Of a stretch of 64,000 bases of DNA, positions 36,885 through 51,119 are shown one piece after another (the first letter of the stretch is position 1; every line of letters begins with the position of its first letter). This stretch comes from Pristiophorus japonicus (Eukaryota), in NCBI RefSeq assembly GCF_044704955.1, contig NC_091979.1, positions 110,174,001-110,238,000 on the forward strand, written 5' to 3'. The notes below the pieces were generated by a model. It saw only the letters and a program-made list of their open reading frames with translations, was not told where the DNA came from and did no database searches. Position numbers and translations under genes: made by a program.

Positions 36885-37588
36885 GAGATAGAGTTTCTAT
36901 TTTGGGCACAGTCGGTAATCCAGCAAATATTGCACTCAAAATTGCACTAGTTTTCAAAAGTAAAGTTTTGCTTCAGGTTTCCGCACAAACTAATTTGCAT
37001 AATCACAAACGTAAAATCTTCCATAAACCAGCTCAATTGGGCAATGCTGTAGAACATAATTGTTTTTCCTTATATTAAAAAATATTCCTTGATATATTTA
37101 AAAGTGGTAACCTGGTGCAGTTTTATTTATACAGCTGAAAATGAGTTTACCACAAAAAATAAGCATTTTTAATTAGAGTGTCTAGTCCATCACCTGTGAG
37201 TAATCCAATTTAAAAAAATTGAAAATAACTTTAAAATACGATACATAATCATTTATTAGTTTCATTGGTGTACAGTAGTCAGTTTCTTTGCCAATTAAAT
37301 ATTTAAAAGCTTTTAAAAGGTGCCTAATAGTGCCCTTGCACTTAAACTTTTTTTTAAACAGACTCCTCTAATGGCCGTAATTAACGGAAACTCGCCATGG
37401 TGATTATGGAGGTGTGGCCAATTGTGTGGGTGGGGCCTGCTTCCAGCGTGATGTTTTTTAAACCAGCACAAAAGATTGCGAAAACCCGTTTTGTGCTGGA
37501 CATAACTTGCGCTTGAAATTCCTCCATCGTTTGCGCTGATTTGGCCGATTTCCGGTCAATTGCACTGGGTTTTTGGAAACTCTCCCCC
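36885..37588. mobile_element. Probable MITE
   Basis: Imperfect terminal inverted ends GAGATAGAGTTTC / GGAAACTCTCCCC. Non-coding. Confidence 0.45.
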
Positions 37589-38944
37589 TTTGTCTTTTGT
37601 GTTTAAGCAGAATTCAGCACTGTCAGAACCTACAGTACAACCTGCCACTATGTGCTCCCTTATGCTGGGCCCAGTGCTTGATTTAAAGCAAATCTTCATA
37701 CAGCGGTTTAATTATCACGAATGCTCCAGTTATACTGCAGATACTGGTACTTGGTTAACAGGGGTGCAACGATTTATATTGCCCCACTTGTACCACACAC
37801 TGATCAGGGAGTTCTGTGTGTGCATGCTTCAATGAATGCACAGGGTCAGTGAATTCTGAATGGTCGCAAAATGTCAACTGTCTATTTTGGCTCTTTTCTA
37901 ACATTAATGCAGTATGCCACAGTGCTATTTCTCTCCTGTTCGTGTTGTGGCCTCGATATTCACCTTGGTTGGCTGGTGGCTATCTTGCGCAATACTTAAC
38001 CCATTCATCTCACTAATCACACAAGACTGACACTCATCTTCTGCTTCCAAAATTGCTCTTCTCCCTTCTACAGTTTGAATAAGCCAACCTCTGCAATACC
38101 CACCAGCAAAAACAGCCAATCTACCAGTGGGAAATAAAATAAACAGAAAATGCTGCTGGCTTTCGTGGGGGAGTTAGTTACGAGGGCCATGAATTAAAAA
38201 TGATCACCAAGAGTGTGACAAAGCTGTTAGAATATGGGACGCTTTGCCAATGAGAGTGGCTGAGGTGCAGCCTGTTGCATCTTTTAAGAGAAAAGCGGAT
38301 AAACATTTGAAGCAAAAATAATTAAAGGGGTCTTGGGAACGAGCAGGGCAGTGGGATCATTTTTGAGCTGCTCGAGCAAAGAGCCAACAAAGACATGATG
38401 GACCAAGTGGCCGCCTTCTGTATTGCAAACTTCTACGGCTTTCACGATCCAGACAAAGTGGTAATCGCAACTGGATTTTCAAGGATTTTTTTTTTTGCTT
38501 GAATGTGATTATCACAACAATCACATTGCATAAAAATGAATATAAAGAAAATCAGAGACATGACAGAAAGAAGAAAATTACAAAAACTATGCCTGCAGAC
38601 AAACAATTGTTAATAGAGAGATGAAGCTGGCCTTTTTTAGAACTTGAATTTTACAGTTCAAAAGTTGGCTGCACACAGTGATATTACATCCAATGGAAAG
38701 TCAAAATGGTATGACATTGCCTCCTTAAGATAGCGTCATACTAAATACCAAATTAACGATAGCTTGCTGCGATTTATGCTGCCCTGTAAATTATTCACAC
38801 AAGTGTGTAAGCTGGAGTATAACCCTTGGTCCATTGTTGGAAAATATAATGAATCAACTCTCACCCCTACCCCCCTCCCGACCCGAGCCCAACCTCTCCT
38901 CGCACACCACGCGTCCATCTGTCTGTCACCCTGCCCCCCGCCAT

Positions 38945-39348
38945 CCCTAACACAACCCCCCCCAACCCTAACCACCGCTCCCCCAACCCGAACCACCACT
39001 CCCCCAACCTTAACCACCGCTCCCCAATCTTAACCACCGCTCCTCCAACCCTAACCACCACTCCTGCAACCCTAACTACCACCTCCAACCTTAACCACCG
39101 CTCCCCAACCCTAACCACCGCTCCTCCAACCCTAACCACCACTCCCCCAAACCCTAACTACCACCCCAAACCTTAACCACCGCTCCCCCAACCCTAACTA
39201 CCACCCCTAACCTTAACCACCGCTCCCCAACCCTAACCACCACTCCCCCAACCCTAACTACCACCCCCAACCTTAACCACCGCTCCCCAACCCAAACTAC
39301 CACCCCCCCAACCTTAACCACCGCCCCCCAATCCTAACCCCCACCCCA
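38945..39348 (+). repeat. Minisatellite with ~18-21-bp unit containing telomeric CCCTAA
   Basis: Repeated CCAACCCTAACCACCGCTCC and CCAACCTTAACCACC variants. Confidence 0.9.
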
Positions 39349-40083
39349 CTGTAGCAAAATTCTTGCTTAAAACTAAAAGTTAAGCAGTAAATATATTATA
39401 TTATTTTCCTTCACATCACTGGAAAAATAGCTGGCAAGTGTCAGTGAACATGTAGCACAAAATATTTCTCCCTTGGTAAAATTTTTATTTCTCTTTTGTT
39501 CCTTTTATTAAGAAGGAACATATGCATCATTTCTTGAATTTCAACAGCAAATTCTTTCCTTCACAATCTACTTATACAATTATAATTATAAATTTTGTAC
39601 ATAATGCACGTTCATAGTGAATGGGAAATTGTCTATCACACTTGCAAAGTGTCACGCCTGAAATCCTGGTTAACCCTATTATCACATTCATAAAAGAAAG
39701 AAATCATGACTTTCTTTAATCTCAGTATGTTAACTGAATGATTCTGATTGCCTCAACCATTATTAAACATGTAGGAAAACTATAAAAGAACAACCAGCAA
39801 GGAGCAAAATCTCCCAGTAGATACACACAGCAAACACCAAAAAGGTTTCTGTGAAAAACCATCAAATACAAAACATCAAACCAACAAAATCATTCAAACC
39901 ATTTTTGAAAGGGCTTTCAGCGGTCATCTTGCTTTCCCAATACAATTCTAAAATATAGATTTTAAATATAAACAACAGATCAAATCTTCAATTAAATGAA
40001 TAAACTTTGCTATAAAGTTCCACTACTGGCAAAGCAGAAGATTTCTCCAAAATGTCCATTACATTCAAGATGTTGTACATCAG

Positions 40084-40789
40084 GGGGCCGAAATTGCCCC
40101 TTTTTTAAAAAAAAAAGAGCAGTTACCACCTCACAGAGGCGGAAATACATTTCCGCCCAGTCTCTCCAATGATCGGGACATTGTCCTCGTGATTTTTTGA
40201 GACGGAGAAGATATTCGCTCCGCTCCTGTGCGAATGGCGATAATGACATCATCATAGCGCGCACCACCTGGTCCCTGCCCCGGATGCAACAATGCCCTCA
40301 AACAATTGATTGACAGCTGTGCATGGCGGGAAACTGCCAATGGTTGGGCGGCCCGCGTGTGCCCTTACTGCCATTTTATTTTAATTGTTGGTCGACTCTG
40401 CAGTCAGCCCGACAATGGTGGCCACGGGTTTGGCCAGGCCGCGGACAGACAGCCAGGCACCCCGTCTTGGGTGCCAGCCGGAGCCTTCCCTGGTTGCCCA
40501 GTGGGTGCCAAGTAGGTCTCTTTAAATGAAAGGAAGGGACGTTGCTAAGTGTCAGCACGACGCGGCATGTCCGCATCGCGCTGATGTGCTCAGCATGACG
40601 CTGATGACACCACCCACCTTCCACCCCGCTCCTGACTCGCTCCCGCCCTCTGCCGTCCCAAACGCCATCCCGATGATTTTTGAAAAGAAAAGAGAGCAAT
40701 TTCTCTCTATTGCCCGCCCCATGGATTCAGGCGGTGGTAATTCACCAGATAATTTGAATTATAACGGGGCGGAGGGCAACTTCACCCCC
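40084..40789. mobile_element. Harbinger-like MITE
   Basis: TIRs GGGGCCGAAATTGCCC / GGGGGTGAAGTTGCCC. 3-bp TSD CAG at 40081-40083 and 40790-40792. Internal similarity (inverted) to 61922-62815. Confidence 0.75.
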
Positions 40790-41039
40790 CAGATCTCACA
40801 TGTAAATAAAAAAGAAAGAAACCTATTTGCAAGCAATTACAACTGTCCTCTCATTGTCCTTAACACTTTCAGTAACTATAACCACCTGAATTTAGAGCAG
40901 TGCCTTAAAGGCACAAATCAGATTTGCAGCTGAACATCACAACTGTACTCCAGACCTAAGACTGCCAATAGAGCAGTGTCAGGAGAGAGAAACACAAAAA
41001 TTGCTATTCCTGAAACTGGAGCTCAACCCAAGATGTTCG

Positions 41040-41225
41040 TTTCAAATATAAAAATAGAAAGTGCTGGAAACACTGATCAGGTAAGGCAACTGTGAAGAGC
41101 GAGAAAGATAGAGTTAATGTTTCAGGTCAATGACCTTTTGTCAGAACCTGCCTTTCTCTCTCCACAGATGCATCCTGATTGTTGAGTTTTTCTAGCATTT
41201 TCTGTTTTTATTTCCGATTTACAGT
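41040..41225. mobile_element. Penelope-like terminal fragment in tail-to-tail arrangement
   Basis: Same terminal sequence as 17085-17200 on minus, followed by a partial copy on plus. Degenerate hammerhead core CTGACAA..GAAAC on minus. Confidence 0.55.
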
Positions 41226-41379
41226 ATTGACAATATTTTATTTTCTGTGTACTTTTCTGCTGATCTGTTCACCAAATTATAACTGTGCTATTGAGATATT
41301 ACAGGAGTTAACAATTATACAGACGTTAAATTATAGTAAAGTTTACCTCAGACTTAAGAAACATTTTTGAAAACCATAC

Positions 41380-41482
41380 CTCATCTAAGAATTCAAAGGA
41401 GACCAAGTCATCAGTCATGTCCTGACCGCTGCCCTCTGAGGCTCTCATGTGGTGACTTTTTCTGGTATAGATGCGCTCTTGC
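41380..41482 (-). CDS. MYO3B: MYO3B coding exon (kinase-motor linker: (R)QERIYTRKSHHMRASEGSGQDMTDDLVSFEFLDE)
   Basis: Acceptor tttgaagcag|G and donor GAG|gtatgg. 103 bp. DDLV..E.LDE marks the start of the motor domain. Phases fit. Confidence 0.92.
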
Positions 41483-42659
41483 CTGCTTCAAACAAAGGGA
41501 AATTAAAAGAGATAGCCAGTGAATGGATATGTAATTCTTCGTTGTGGATAAGAATATATATTCTTTATAATCAAATGTGCATACAACTGCACTGACTACA
41601 GCAGATAAATTAGGATTTTGCAAAGGCTGTTCATTTTGCTTAAGTAAGTTATGAAATCGGACAACTGACCATTTCCTTGTCATCAAAAATTTCACAAAGT
41701 AATCAACAAATGATTAAAAATGTAGAATATAGGATAACATTAAGCCATAGATGTGTCTCTAACATAACCATCATCTGTTCATTAGGATATTGGAAAGTGT
41801 GCCATCAGTAGAAACATTAATCTGGGTTCACTAGTCATACCTAATTTAGAATAGTTATGTCATCAGCCGAACCCCAAGATTGGTTAAAACACAAATCTAG
41901 CCATCCATGTTTTTGCAATGTATATACATTAAAATTATGAGGAGAATTTCAACTCTCCCCGATTGGAACGGGGAGAGCATTTAAAATTAACAGCTCCATT
42001 TCTTGTTCCATTCCAGTCAATTCCCTATTGTAATGCTGTTGGTTTTGATGGTAGATGAGGGTCCGGCCAGACTCTGGCAGCAGCTCCATTGATAAATGCA
42101 AAGTGGGGTCCTGTAACGTTAATGGTACCCCGATGGTATTTTAATCCTGACTTGAACAGGGTGCCCGCTGCGGCTGACATGCCAGATAAAGCTGTCAGGA
42201 AGCCAGCGAGATCACTGAAGGCAAGTGAAAAAACGTTTCAAAGTGGGGCGGAGGAGCAGGAGTGCTCCTCCGAGCCCCACAAGGAAATCCTGGCCATCTG
42301 CTGGTGCTACCCCTCCTCCCCAGTTGTGACACCCTCAGAGCACATCTCCCCCCACAATGTACCTTGCTGCCAACACCCACCTCCCGGTGCCAGCCTGCAG
42401 CCTCTGAGCCATCCAATTTTCATTGTCTGCCTGCTAGTTTGCTGCCGCTTTCCTCTGCCCACCCCTTCACCAGTGCACACAAGCAATGGAAATGAAAATC
42501 AGGAGAGATGTATAATGGGTGGCTGAATTGATATCACCCATTTTACACCATCGCCCAAAGTCATAATTACTGTTCAAGTAGGCTCTGCGATTCTGCATAT
42601 CGTGTCACTGATATCGCCTGCAGGAGAACTAGGTAATTCATCCATTTTAGGATCACTCC

Positions 42660-43040
42660 TAGGCAGTTCTTTCATGCTGCTAGTTTCCCCAAAGTTCAGG
42701 GGCCAATAAATGGCACCTACATTGCACTGTGGACTTCTATTAGAGACCCACTGAATTTCCTGAAGAGAAATGGATTCCACTCCCTCAATTTTAAAATTAT
42801 CTGTGACCAGCTACAATGAATCCTGAAAATCAAAGCCAAATTTTCAGAGAGTTGTCACAACACTTTCATCAGGAGGAATGCTTCTGCGAGACAAGGCAGA
42901 CACCTTGCTTCTATGGCTCACAACCCCAGTTTGATTGCCAAATACATCAGCAGAACATTGCTAAAATGAGACCCATTTATTAACTGGAATGGCGATGCAA
43001 AGTGTCACCCCAGCAGTTTTTGATGGTTAGAATGATACCT
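42660..43040 (+). mobile_element. Harbinger DDE transposase remnant
   Basis: SFPKVQGPINGTYIAL...KRNGFHSLNFKIICD...KFSESCHNTFI resembles GFP.VQGAIDCTH...NRKGFHSINVQ.VCD...PGS.HD.FI. Confidence 0.7.
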
Positions 43041-43831
43041 GAGGAGTGGCCTGGGTGAGGTGTTGAGTCCACAAACACCTTGTGGATCTCATAAGATCCT
43101 GATCTTAATTTACCCTCTGCATTTTTAATGGATACCACAGTTCTGCTCCATGCTTGTTGTTTTCTCCTGAAACAGTCAATTCTGGAGTACATTTTGTGTG
43201 GGTTTGATGAGAAGATGTATTCTTTCTTTGTTGGGTGCATTGTTCACTATATTTCAACCAAGGTGAGATTGTTGAACCGCTCTTAGATTATTTTGACTAC
43301 TTGCACTGGGTGCCCCATATTTGCTGAAAGTCTGACTAGCATCCCAAGCAAATAAAAGCACAGGTCTTATACTTTATCCCTATGTAGAGTGATAAATGTG
43401 AATGGTTACGACAAACCAGAAATAAAACTTCTCAAAAGGATAGCTTGAGTATATTACAATACCATATACTGTGTTTTAAAATTATTTTACCAAATAACCC
43501 TTTATAAACAATAGCTGCATCCTGCCACTCACTGGCCATTTCCAAGTATTGCAAAACAATCTGTAAACAAAAACTTCCTACACCAAGGAACATATAGAAC
43601 TAATGCAAACAATATCTAGACTTATACATTTAGTAACTTGAGAAAATAACATTTCTATGATTGGCTTGGATTATTCTACTATAAATATATCACAATATTA
43701 TGAATTATTTGGTACACACTTGTATTACCTGCATTATGAAACTGTTCAGTTGTTATTTTGGTTACTACTAGTGGTTTGAAATTCCAAAATATCTCAGTTA
43801 AAACTATTATATTGATACTATTGTGTCATAC

Positions 43832-43984
43832 CTAGTTTTTGCTGAACATTCTTGTTGCTGTACTTTGATCAGATTAGCTAGCTGCTGTTGTAGGGTTACG
43901 TATTTCCCATGAGCTTGCTTAATAAATGGGTGGTCTAACAAATATGTAACTGATGGACGCCTTTCAAAGTCCTTAATCAGACAT
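43832..43984 (-). CDS. MYO3B: MYO3B coding exon (kinase C-terminus: (Q)[50 protein letters not shown](R))
   Basis: Acceptor cctttctgcag|A and donor ACTAG|gtatga. 153 bp. [21 protein letters not shown] matches MYO3B kinase subdomain XI. Confidence 0.95.
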
Positions 43985-46414
43985 CTGCAGAAAGGGGAAA
44001 AAATAACAAATAGAGATAATGATCAGGCATGTTGTTTAAATACTGTGTAATCAGTGATGAAACAATCATATTATTCAAATACAAAAGCAAAATACTGCGG
44101 ATCCTGGAATCTAGAATAACTCCTGCCTGACCCGCTGAGATTTCAAGCTGTACACTATCTGATCGCATTATTCTTGGTATTTAATAGTAAAAATGTTTGT
44201 GTTTTAAATAAAGAAAAAAAGAAAGAAAGACTTCGATTTATATAGCGCCTTTCACGACCACCGGACATCTCAAAGCGTTTTACAGCCAATGAAGTACTTT
44301 TGGTGTGTAGTCACTGTTGCAATGTGATCAAATAAACCCATATAAAACAATTTCAAAATCCTGCAAACATTTTGGAAGGATATCATTTTTATCATTTTAA
44401 CATTTTAGTAAAGTACAGTGATGAATTAAAATGGACACAAATTGTATCCAAAATTATGAAGAATCAAAGATTGCAAAATGTCAAAAGCCAAAATTATTGT
44501 CACAGTTCAGAAATTTCAACTTGGATCAATAGCTTGGAACATTCGTGTTACTTACAGACTGCTTGCATATTAAGCAAATAAATTGAAAGTTAGATAGTTG
44601 ATTTGCCACTGATCTTTTTTTGTCTTATTTGGCAGCTGCTTAAAATAGGAAAGAGGCAATCCACCATTTTTTCACAAACATTACAAAATCCTTTTTACGA
44701 AATAGAATAAAATGTCATAGCAGACTACAAGCTTTACTGCTGCCTTAATTATTACATCCTGCGCTTATGGCTTTTTATTTCAGGTAATGGTGGAAAGTCA
44801 AGCACAAATGTAATAAGCAGGATTTTATGTAGAAACAGATAAGATTTATAAAGTTATACAAGCTTCACCTACCATTAAAGGAGAATTAAAACATCATTTC
44901 TTGAACTACGATTGTACCGGCAAGTGACAAGCAGCTAGCATCATTGGTTGCTCCTTTGTTTAGCCCAATTTCACAATCACTAACACCCTATCCTCTAAGG
45001 AGATTCCACATAATCCTCTATGTGCACTACAGCTACAGTTTATGTGTTGGCTACCACTATCTCACACGTTTATTTCTGCATTTTTCCTGGCAGTGATGTA
45101 AGCAGGGTTTGCTGGGTGCTGTTTGTGCTCATTGGTGTACACTGCAGCTTGCCACAGTAAAGCTGTAAAAATGGTGACTGATCTCATCTACCTTTTCCAT
45201 GCATTTGATAATACATATCAACAAGTCCACTCAAGCAGAGAAATTAATAATTTTGTTTCTTTTTCCAATCAATTTATTTTACAGCCTCCAACTACTGACT
45301 GCCATTGCTAATGTTTAAAGGATGTATAAACATTTGAGACTTAATTATATTCAATAATCTTCAGCAATATTTCTTGCATAGAATGGGCAGCACATAAAAA
45401 GTAAGCTTTATTCATTTGCTATCTATTACTGCATTGCTATACACATTGCAAAATTACCAGTTACATTTCTGATTCAGTGAATGTCATAAAATTGTTTTTA
45501 TTATTTCATTCTAATTTTATTGAAAAGTTATGTTTTCGTTATGGAAAAATTGAAGTTTATGGGCTCTACTTTAATAAAATGCAATTGTAGATTTAAATGA
45601 TGTAGTATGTAATTATTCATTTGTTTTGTTAAGACCTGACATCAGCCAGGCAGCTTATGATGTAGCTCACACCACCACCTCCCAATCTGAGAGGTCAGAA
45701 ACAATCACCAACCAGCAGAAAACAAATAAACTCAAGCATCAGTGACAATCAATCGCTTATCTTGTTTGACATTCTGGCAGCCTTCATCAGGCTTTCTTAG
45801 CTGAAAATTAATTCTCAGAATTCATTAGTGTCACTACATTAACCATAGGTTGCAACCATTTGCTGCAATCGAGCAGCTAGGCATCTAAACACCATTTCCA
45901 TTTTGTCACACTGAGCAGCTATTTGTTGCCATAATTGGAAGCTGAGGATAAAGCATTTATTACCCATGAACAAGAGCAGACACCTACATATGGTTCTGCG
46001 TGATGTGGCTTGAAAATTTGCAGGCAGCTTGCAGTTGCTGATAACATTGTTCATGTTGCTATGCCTTAATGATGTAAAGTGCCATTTTGTTATTGGTAAA
46101 TCAGATGGCTGCATTGGAAAGCCTTTCTGTAACACTTAGAAAAATATATTCACCTATGCATAGACAGAAATAGAATACAGACTAGGCAGTTACAGAACAA
46201 GAAGTATTAGCAGCTCGTATTATCTAAACTCAGACTGTACTTCCAAGTTTTGATCAGAATACAAAACCATCAATAAGCACAAACTTATCATTCTCAAAAT
46301 TCCACACAATCAGCTGCCCTGGATTTGTGCCAACATGTCAGTTGTGGTCTTTGATGCTCTTTACTCATTTGCATATCCATTGGAGGATCTCCAGCACAAA
46401 TCCTATGCAAAATC

Positions 46415-47336
46415 CAGACCATTCGCAACTTTGGTGTGGTATTTGACCCCGAGATGAACTTCTGACCACATATCCGCTCCATCACCAAGACCGCCTACTT
46501 GCACCTCCATAACATCGCCCAACTCATCTCATCTGCTGCTGAACCCTCATCCATGCCTTTGGAATTTTCTGTCCCAGAGGGCTGTGGATGCTGAGTCTTT
46601 GAGTATATTCAAGGCTGAGATAGATAGATGTTTGCATTCTAGGGGAATCAAGGGATATGGAGATCGGGCGGGAAAGTGGAGTTGAGATCGATGATCAGCC
46701 ATGATCTTATTGAATGACGCAGCAGGCTCAAGGGGCCGTATGGCCCACTCCTGCTCCTATTTCTTATGTTGTTATGTTGCCTCTAAACTTGACTATTCAA
46801 ATGCTCTCCTAGCTGGCCTCCCATCTTCAATCCTCCATAAACTTTAGCTCATCCAAATCTCTGCTTCCCGTATCCTAACTCGTACCAAGTCCCGTTCACC
46901 CATCATCGGTGCGCTTGCTGACCTACACTGGCTCCCAGTCCGGCAAAGCCTGGATTTAAAAATTCTCATCCTTGTTTTCAAATTCCTCCATGGCCTCGCC
47001 CCTCCCTATTAACTCTGTAACCTCCTGCAGCCCTACAACCTTCCTAGATCTCAGTGCTCCTTCAATTGTGGACTCTCGCGCATCCCATATTTTAATCGCT
47101 TCATCATTGGCAGCCGTGCCTTCAGCTGCTCTTACCTCTGGAATTCTCTCTGTAAACCTCTCCACCTTTCTTTCCTCCTTTAAGAAGCTCATTAAAACCT
47201 ACCTCTTTGACCAAGCTTTTGTCCTAATATTTCCTTACATGGCTCGGTGTCACATTTTGCTTGATCATGTTCCTGTGAAGCGCCTTGGGATGTTTTAATA
47301 CGTTAAAGGCGGTATATAAATGCAAGTTGTTGTTGT
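46415..47336 (+). mobile_element. L2-type LINE 3' portion with a nested CR1 3' fragment (about 46560-46775)
   Basis: NFGVVFDPEMNF, LIHAF|V.SKLDYSNALLAG, DLHWLPV..LDLKI. Tail tataaatgcaagttgttgttg. Confidence 0.78.
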
Positions 47337-47554
47337 ATTAAAATGGGAGTTTTGTGGGTGATTGGAAAGTATATTGCAGCCTTTAATCTGGCTGAAGATT
47401 GCAGCAACAGGCTGGCGATACAGCAGGTAAGTAGGAAAGTATTTTGATTATTGAATTCACTGTGGTTTATCTGTACTTTTCAATAAGGTTTGTTACTGAA
47501 GCATTTGATACACAGCTGGAAAATAGGCAAGAGCATGTCAATGAGAAACAAAAG

Positions 47555-47770
47555 AGTTCACAATTTCACCAACACTGACCTCTAAACTCTCCTCAAGGGC
47601 AAAGATCAGAGGACAAACAGATTGCTGGATCTGCTTTGGAAAAAAATCAAAAATGATTCTCATACCAGGTCGACAGAGGTGGCAGTAGCACTGAGTGCCA
47701 ACGTTCTCAACCCAAACTGCGGTCCAATGCTGCAAGAAGTTCAATGACCTGATTAGGGAGAGCAAGGTGA
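47555..47770 (+). mobile_element. Harbinger Myb/SANT-like gene remnant
   Basis: EVAVALSANV....VQCCKKFNDLIR followed by a GT donor-like site. Confidence 0.55.
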
Positions 47771-49915
47771 TGTACTAGCTATTCTCCCCTCCTTTCCCTT
47801 CCTTGAGCACCACACTTTACTCTCTAAAATTAAGGACTGTACAACTAACACTGCACACTGCGCTCTGGTTAGAAGCCACTGGGAGACAATCTTCTATTGT
47901 CACCTTTTATTGAATTCATTTGATCTGTTGTACGTGACTCTTGTGGACGGGAAAGGACATCCTTGACATTAAGGAGCTCTGAGGAGCAGGCCTTGCAGCT
48001 GACGCGGAGGCACTCTGCCATGGTACATCATGAGATAAGCATACATTGGCATCAGATTAATAGGTGTACACCTGCACTATTGCCACAGAATTCCCATGAA
48101 GCAGCAGACAGCCACAACCGTTTATCTCAATTTTTATCCGAAACACAAAACGATAATGCACACCCATTCTTAACTTATACCCTCCTTTCCTGAAGTTCCA
48201 CCACAGCAATGGGCAGGTCGAGATGAGGAATGGAGTGAAGATAATGAAGATGAGGAGGTGGAGGAGAGACATAATTCCTTCCTCTTTGATTATGGGGCAA
48301 AATTGAGGAGAATGATGAAGAGGGAGAAGAAGTTAATGGGCCTGAATCTGCAGTCGGAGGCTTCTCTCGGGCGGATGTCTCTGAATCGCAATAAAACTAC
48401 GAATCTACCTGATGGTCCTGGATCCACAGAGAGTCGCAATCCTGGGCCTCTATGCGTAGGCCTGCGCAGAGGTCGACGTATCCCAGGAGTGCAGGCAGTT
48501 CGTAATGTGCCCCTGGGATCACGTGGGCCAGCCCAACCAATCAGAAAGGGGATTCCCATTATGCTTCTGAGGATTCCTTTACGTTCGGAATCTCCATAAG
48601 CTTAATAGGAATCACCCAAAAAAATACATGCACACAACACTGACATTAAAAAAAAATCATTACGTTTTAAATTAATTAAAATACAATTTAATTAAACATT
48701 TAAAACAAAAATACAATTGTTTGAGAAACAAAATGTAAACATTTTTCAAGGGGCCAAAGATAACCTAAATTTATTTCACAAGTCTTTGGATGTTAAAATT
48801 TTTACTTTAATATTTATCTAAACCCTTACGCTGGTAAAAGGTGGCCGTACCCCTGCTTTACCAGGCATAAGCATTTCACGGGCATTCGCTGGGCAGTAGT
48901 TGGGCAAATGGCCCAATTCTCCACCAGCGAATGTCTATTTCCCGGGATGCGGAAGTTCCGGGTTTTGGTGCAGGCGCATCACGTGCGGAAACCCCAGAAC
49001 TTGAGGGGCCCTTACGGCCACGAACACACAGCATACGCAGTCAGTCATGGTCCCCAGAAAACCCAGGCCAATGTGAAGGCCACCTATGACTACCTGGACA
49101 AATATCCTGCTCCATGTTACTCTGCCAAAAAAAAACCTGCATCGCTTGCTTTTTAACTCCCCATGAACTAGCTCATATACTTTCACCTGGGGGAGGGGGG
49201 GAGGGAATGCAGATAATGTTCATGAGACGAGGGCACCAGACGATTCACATAATAGAGCTGGAGTGGGGGAGATGTGCCACCTTCGCAGGTCAAGGAGAAG
49301 GCTGCCCAGGACTCTGAAATTTGCCAGACCTAGAACTCATGGGTAGTTGTCTGGAAATGAGGTTAAGGTTAAGGGAAAGGGAAAGGGAGACCGGAAGGAA
49401 GGAAGGAAAGGAGCAAAGAAGGAAAGAAGGAAAACAAACTTTGATAGCACACTTGCTGTCAGAGGCCCTGATCCCCAACCTCCCCCACCCCCAGCTAGGT
49501 AAGTTTGATTGTGTCCCCATAACCCATACCTTTGTTAATATAAGTACGTTTATTATGTCTCCTTAATCCACACTCCCGATAGTAAGATCAGTTTGCTTCA
49601 CCAGCCCCCCCGCCACCCCAAGTTAAGTTAGGTTACTCCCCCTGCTGAGTAATGTCCTCCAGTCAGTCCCTTCCTTGAGTAAGTGTAGAGTGGACCCAAA
49701 CACCACTTCACTCATTCAGTAACCATTCCAACAATTTTGTCACCCCTCCCCTCCACCACCCCCTCCATTCCCTGAACAGATGCTCAGGTCTGCGTCTTTA
49801 TTGAGGACCAGAAGAAACTGTATTCCATATTTACACGAAATGTGAGTGTGTGAAGCTCATTTTCTCCTGACTTAATGGGGCAACTCTTCAACTTTTGGTT
49901 CCATTTCAGTTCTAT

Positions 49916-51119
49916 GAGCCCAAGTTTCAGCTGGAGTTGCTCTTATTTTTTGGAGCAACTATTTTAGTTTGGAGTACCTTAGAAATCACAATTCTCGGCA
50001 TTTAGTTTCCTCCAGTTCTAGTGAGGTAGTTTAGTTTCGTTTTAGTTCAGTTTTTTTTTTCAAAAGGGGGCATTACCAGACACTTATGCCTGTTTTGCAA
50101 GTTTAGGCAGCGAAAAGTTACTCCAAACTAACTTCGAACAGAGTAAGTGTCAACTTTTGTATGCTCAGAAAAACCTTGCAGACACTTGAGAATTAGGCGC
50201 AGGTAGCCAGAGATGGGGGGGCGGCGGGGGGGGGGGGAAGGGAAGTTAGAGGGAAGTTAGGGGATTTTCCAAAGCATTATACACTTCACTTTTACCAATA
50301 AAGAGCCATTATCAACACTAAATGATAAATATATCAATAAATCAACCAATAAATCAATCAATCAAAAAATCAAAAAATCAAAAATTAAAAATTAAAAATT
50401 AAAAATAAATCAATAAATAAAAAATGTAAAGTTTCCACTCACCTACTGCAGCATCTATCCATTGGGGAGCACCGGGAATCCTCCAACAGCCTGCTGAAGA
50501 GCTGGTCAGGCGGGGCCCTGCCACCGGGGAGTAGTTCGGGCGGGCCCCGCCGCCTAAGAGCTGTTGGTCGGGCGGGCCTCGCCACTGAGGTGTTGGTCGG
50601 GCGGGCCTCGCCACTGAGGTGGTGTTCGGGCGGAGCCCACCACCAGGGAGGAGTTTGGGCGGGCCCCGCCGCCAAAGAGCTGCTGGTCGGGCGGGCCCTG
50701 CCACCGAAGAGCTGCTGGTCGGGCGGGCTCCGCCGCCGACGAGGTAAGGGCAGTGGAGACGAGGCGAGGCGAGGGACAGTGAGGCAGGCAGGCCACTCGG
50801 CCGGGGATAGGGGCGGCGAACATCGCAATGTCCCTTCGGCCAGGGATAGGGTCGCCCGGAGATAGGACGTGCTGGGAGGGCCAGAAGCTATTGCGCATGC
50901 GTGCAGACTCCACCGCGCACGCGCGCAGCTACCGGCACTCTTTTCGTCGCATGGCTGTAGCTCCACCCCCAACTGTTTGTGCTGAGCTGCGCCGACTGCT
51001 AAACAGGCCTGCTGAACACCGAGAATTGAGAGGTAAGTCTTAGGCGCGCTTTTAATTCTACAAAATAGGCGGGCCTCTCGGAGGTGCGCCGTTCTGCGGT
51101 ACAGCTGAAACTTGGGCCC
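49916..51119. mobile_element. Harbinger-like MITE with internal GC-rich tandem repeat (about 50497-50735)
   Basis: 18-bp TIRs GAGCCCAAGTTTCAGCTG / GGGCCCAAGTTTCAGCTG. 3-bp TSD TAT at 49913-49915 and 51120-51122. Confidence 0.85.

Noticed and set aside
44400-46200. Repeat-poor stretch as a possible conserved enhancer or extra exon
   Set aside because: MYO3B exon phases already join without it, and conservation cannot be judged from this sequence alone.
50497-50735. CRISPR-like repeat array (also 62073-62206 and 38945-39348)
   Set aside because: These are head-to-tail tandem repeats without unique spacers, in eukaryotic DNA with no cas genes. Two of them lie inside MITEs.
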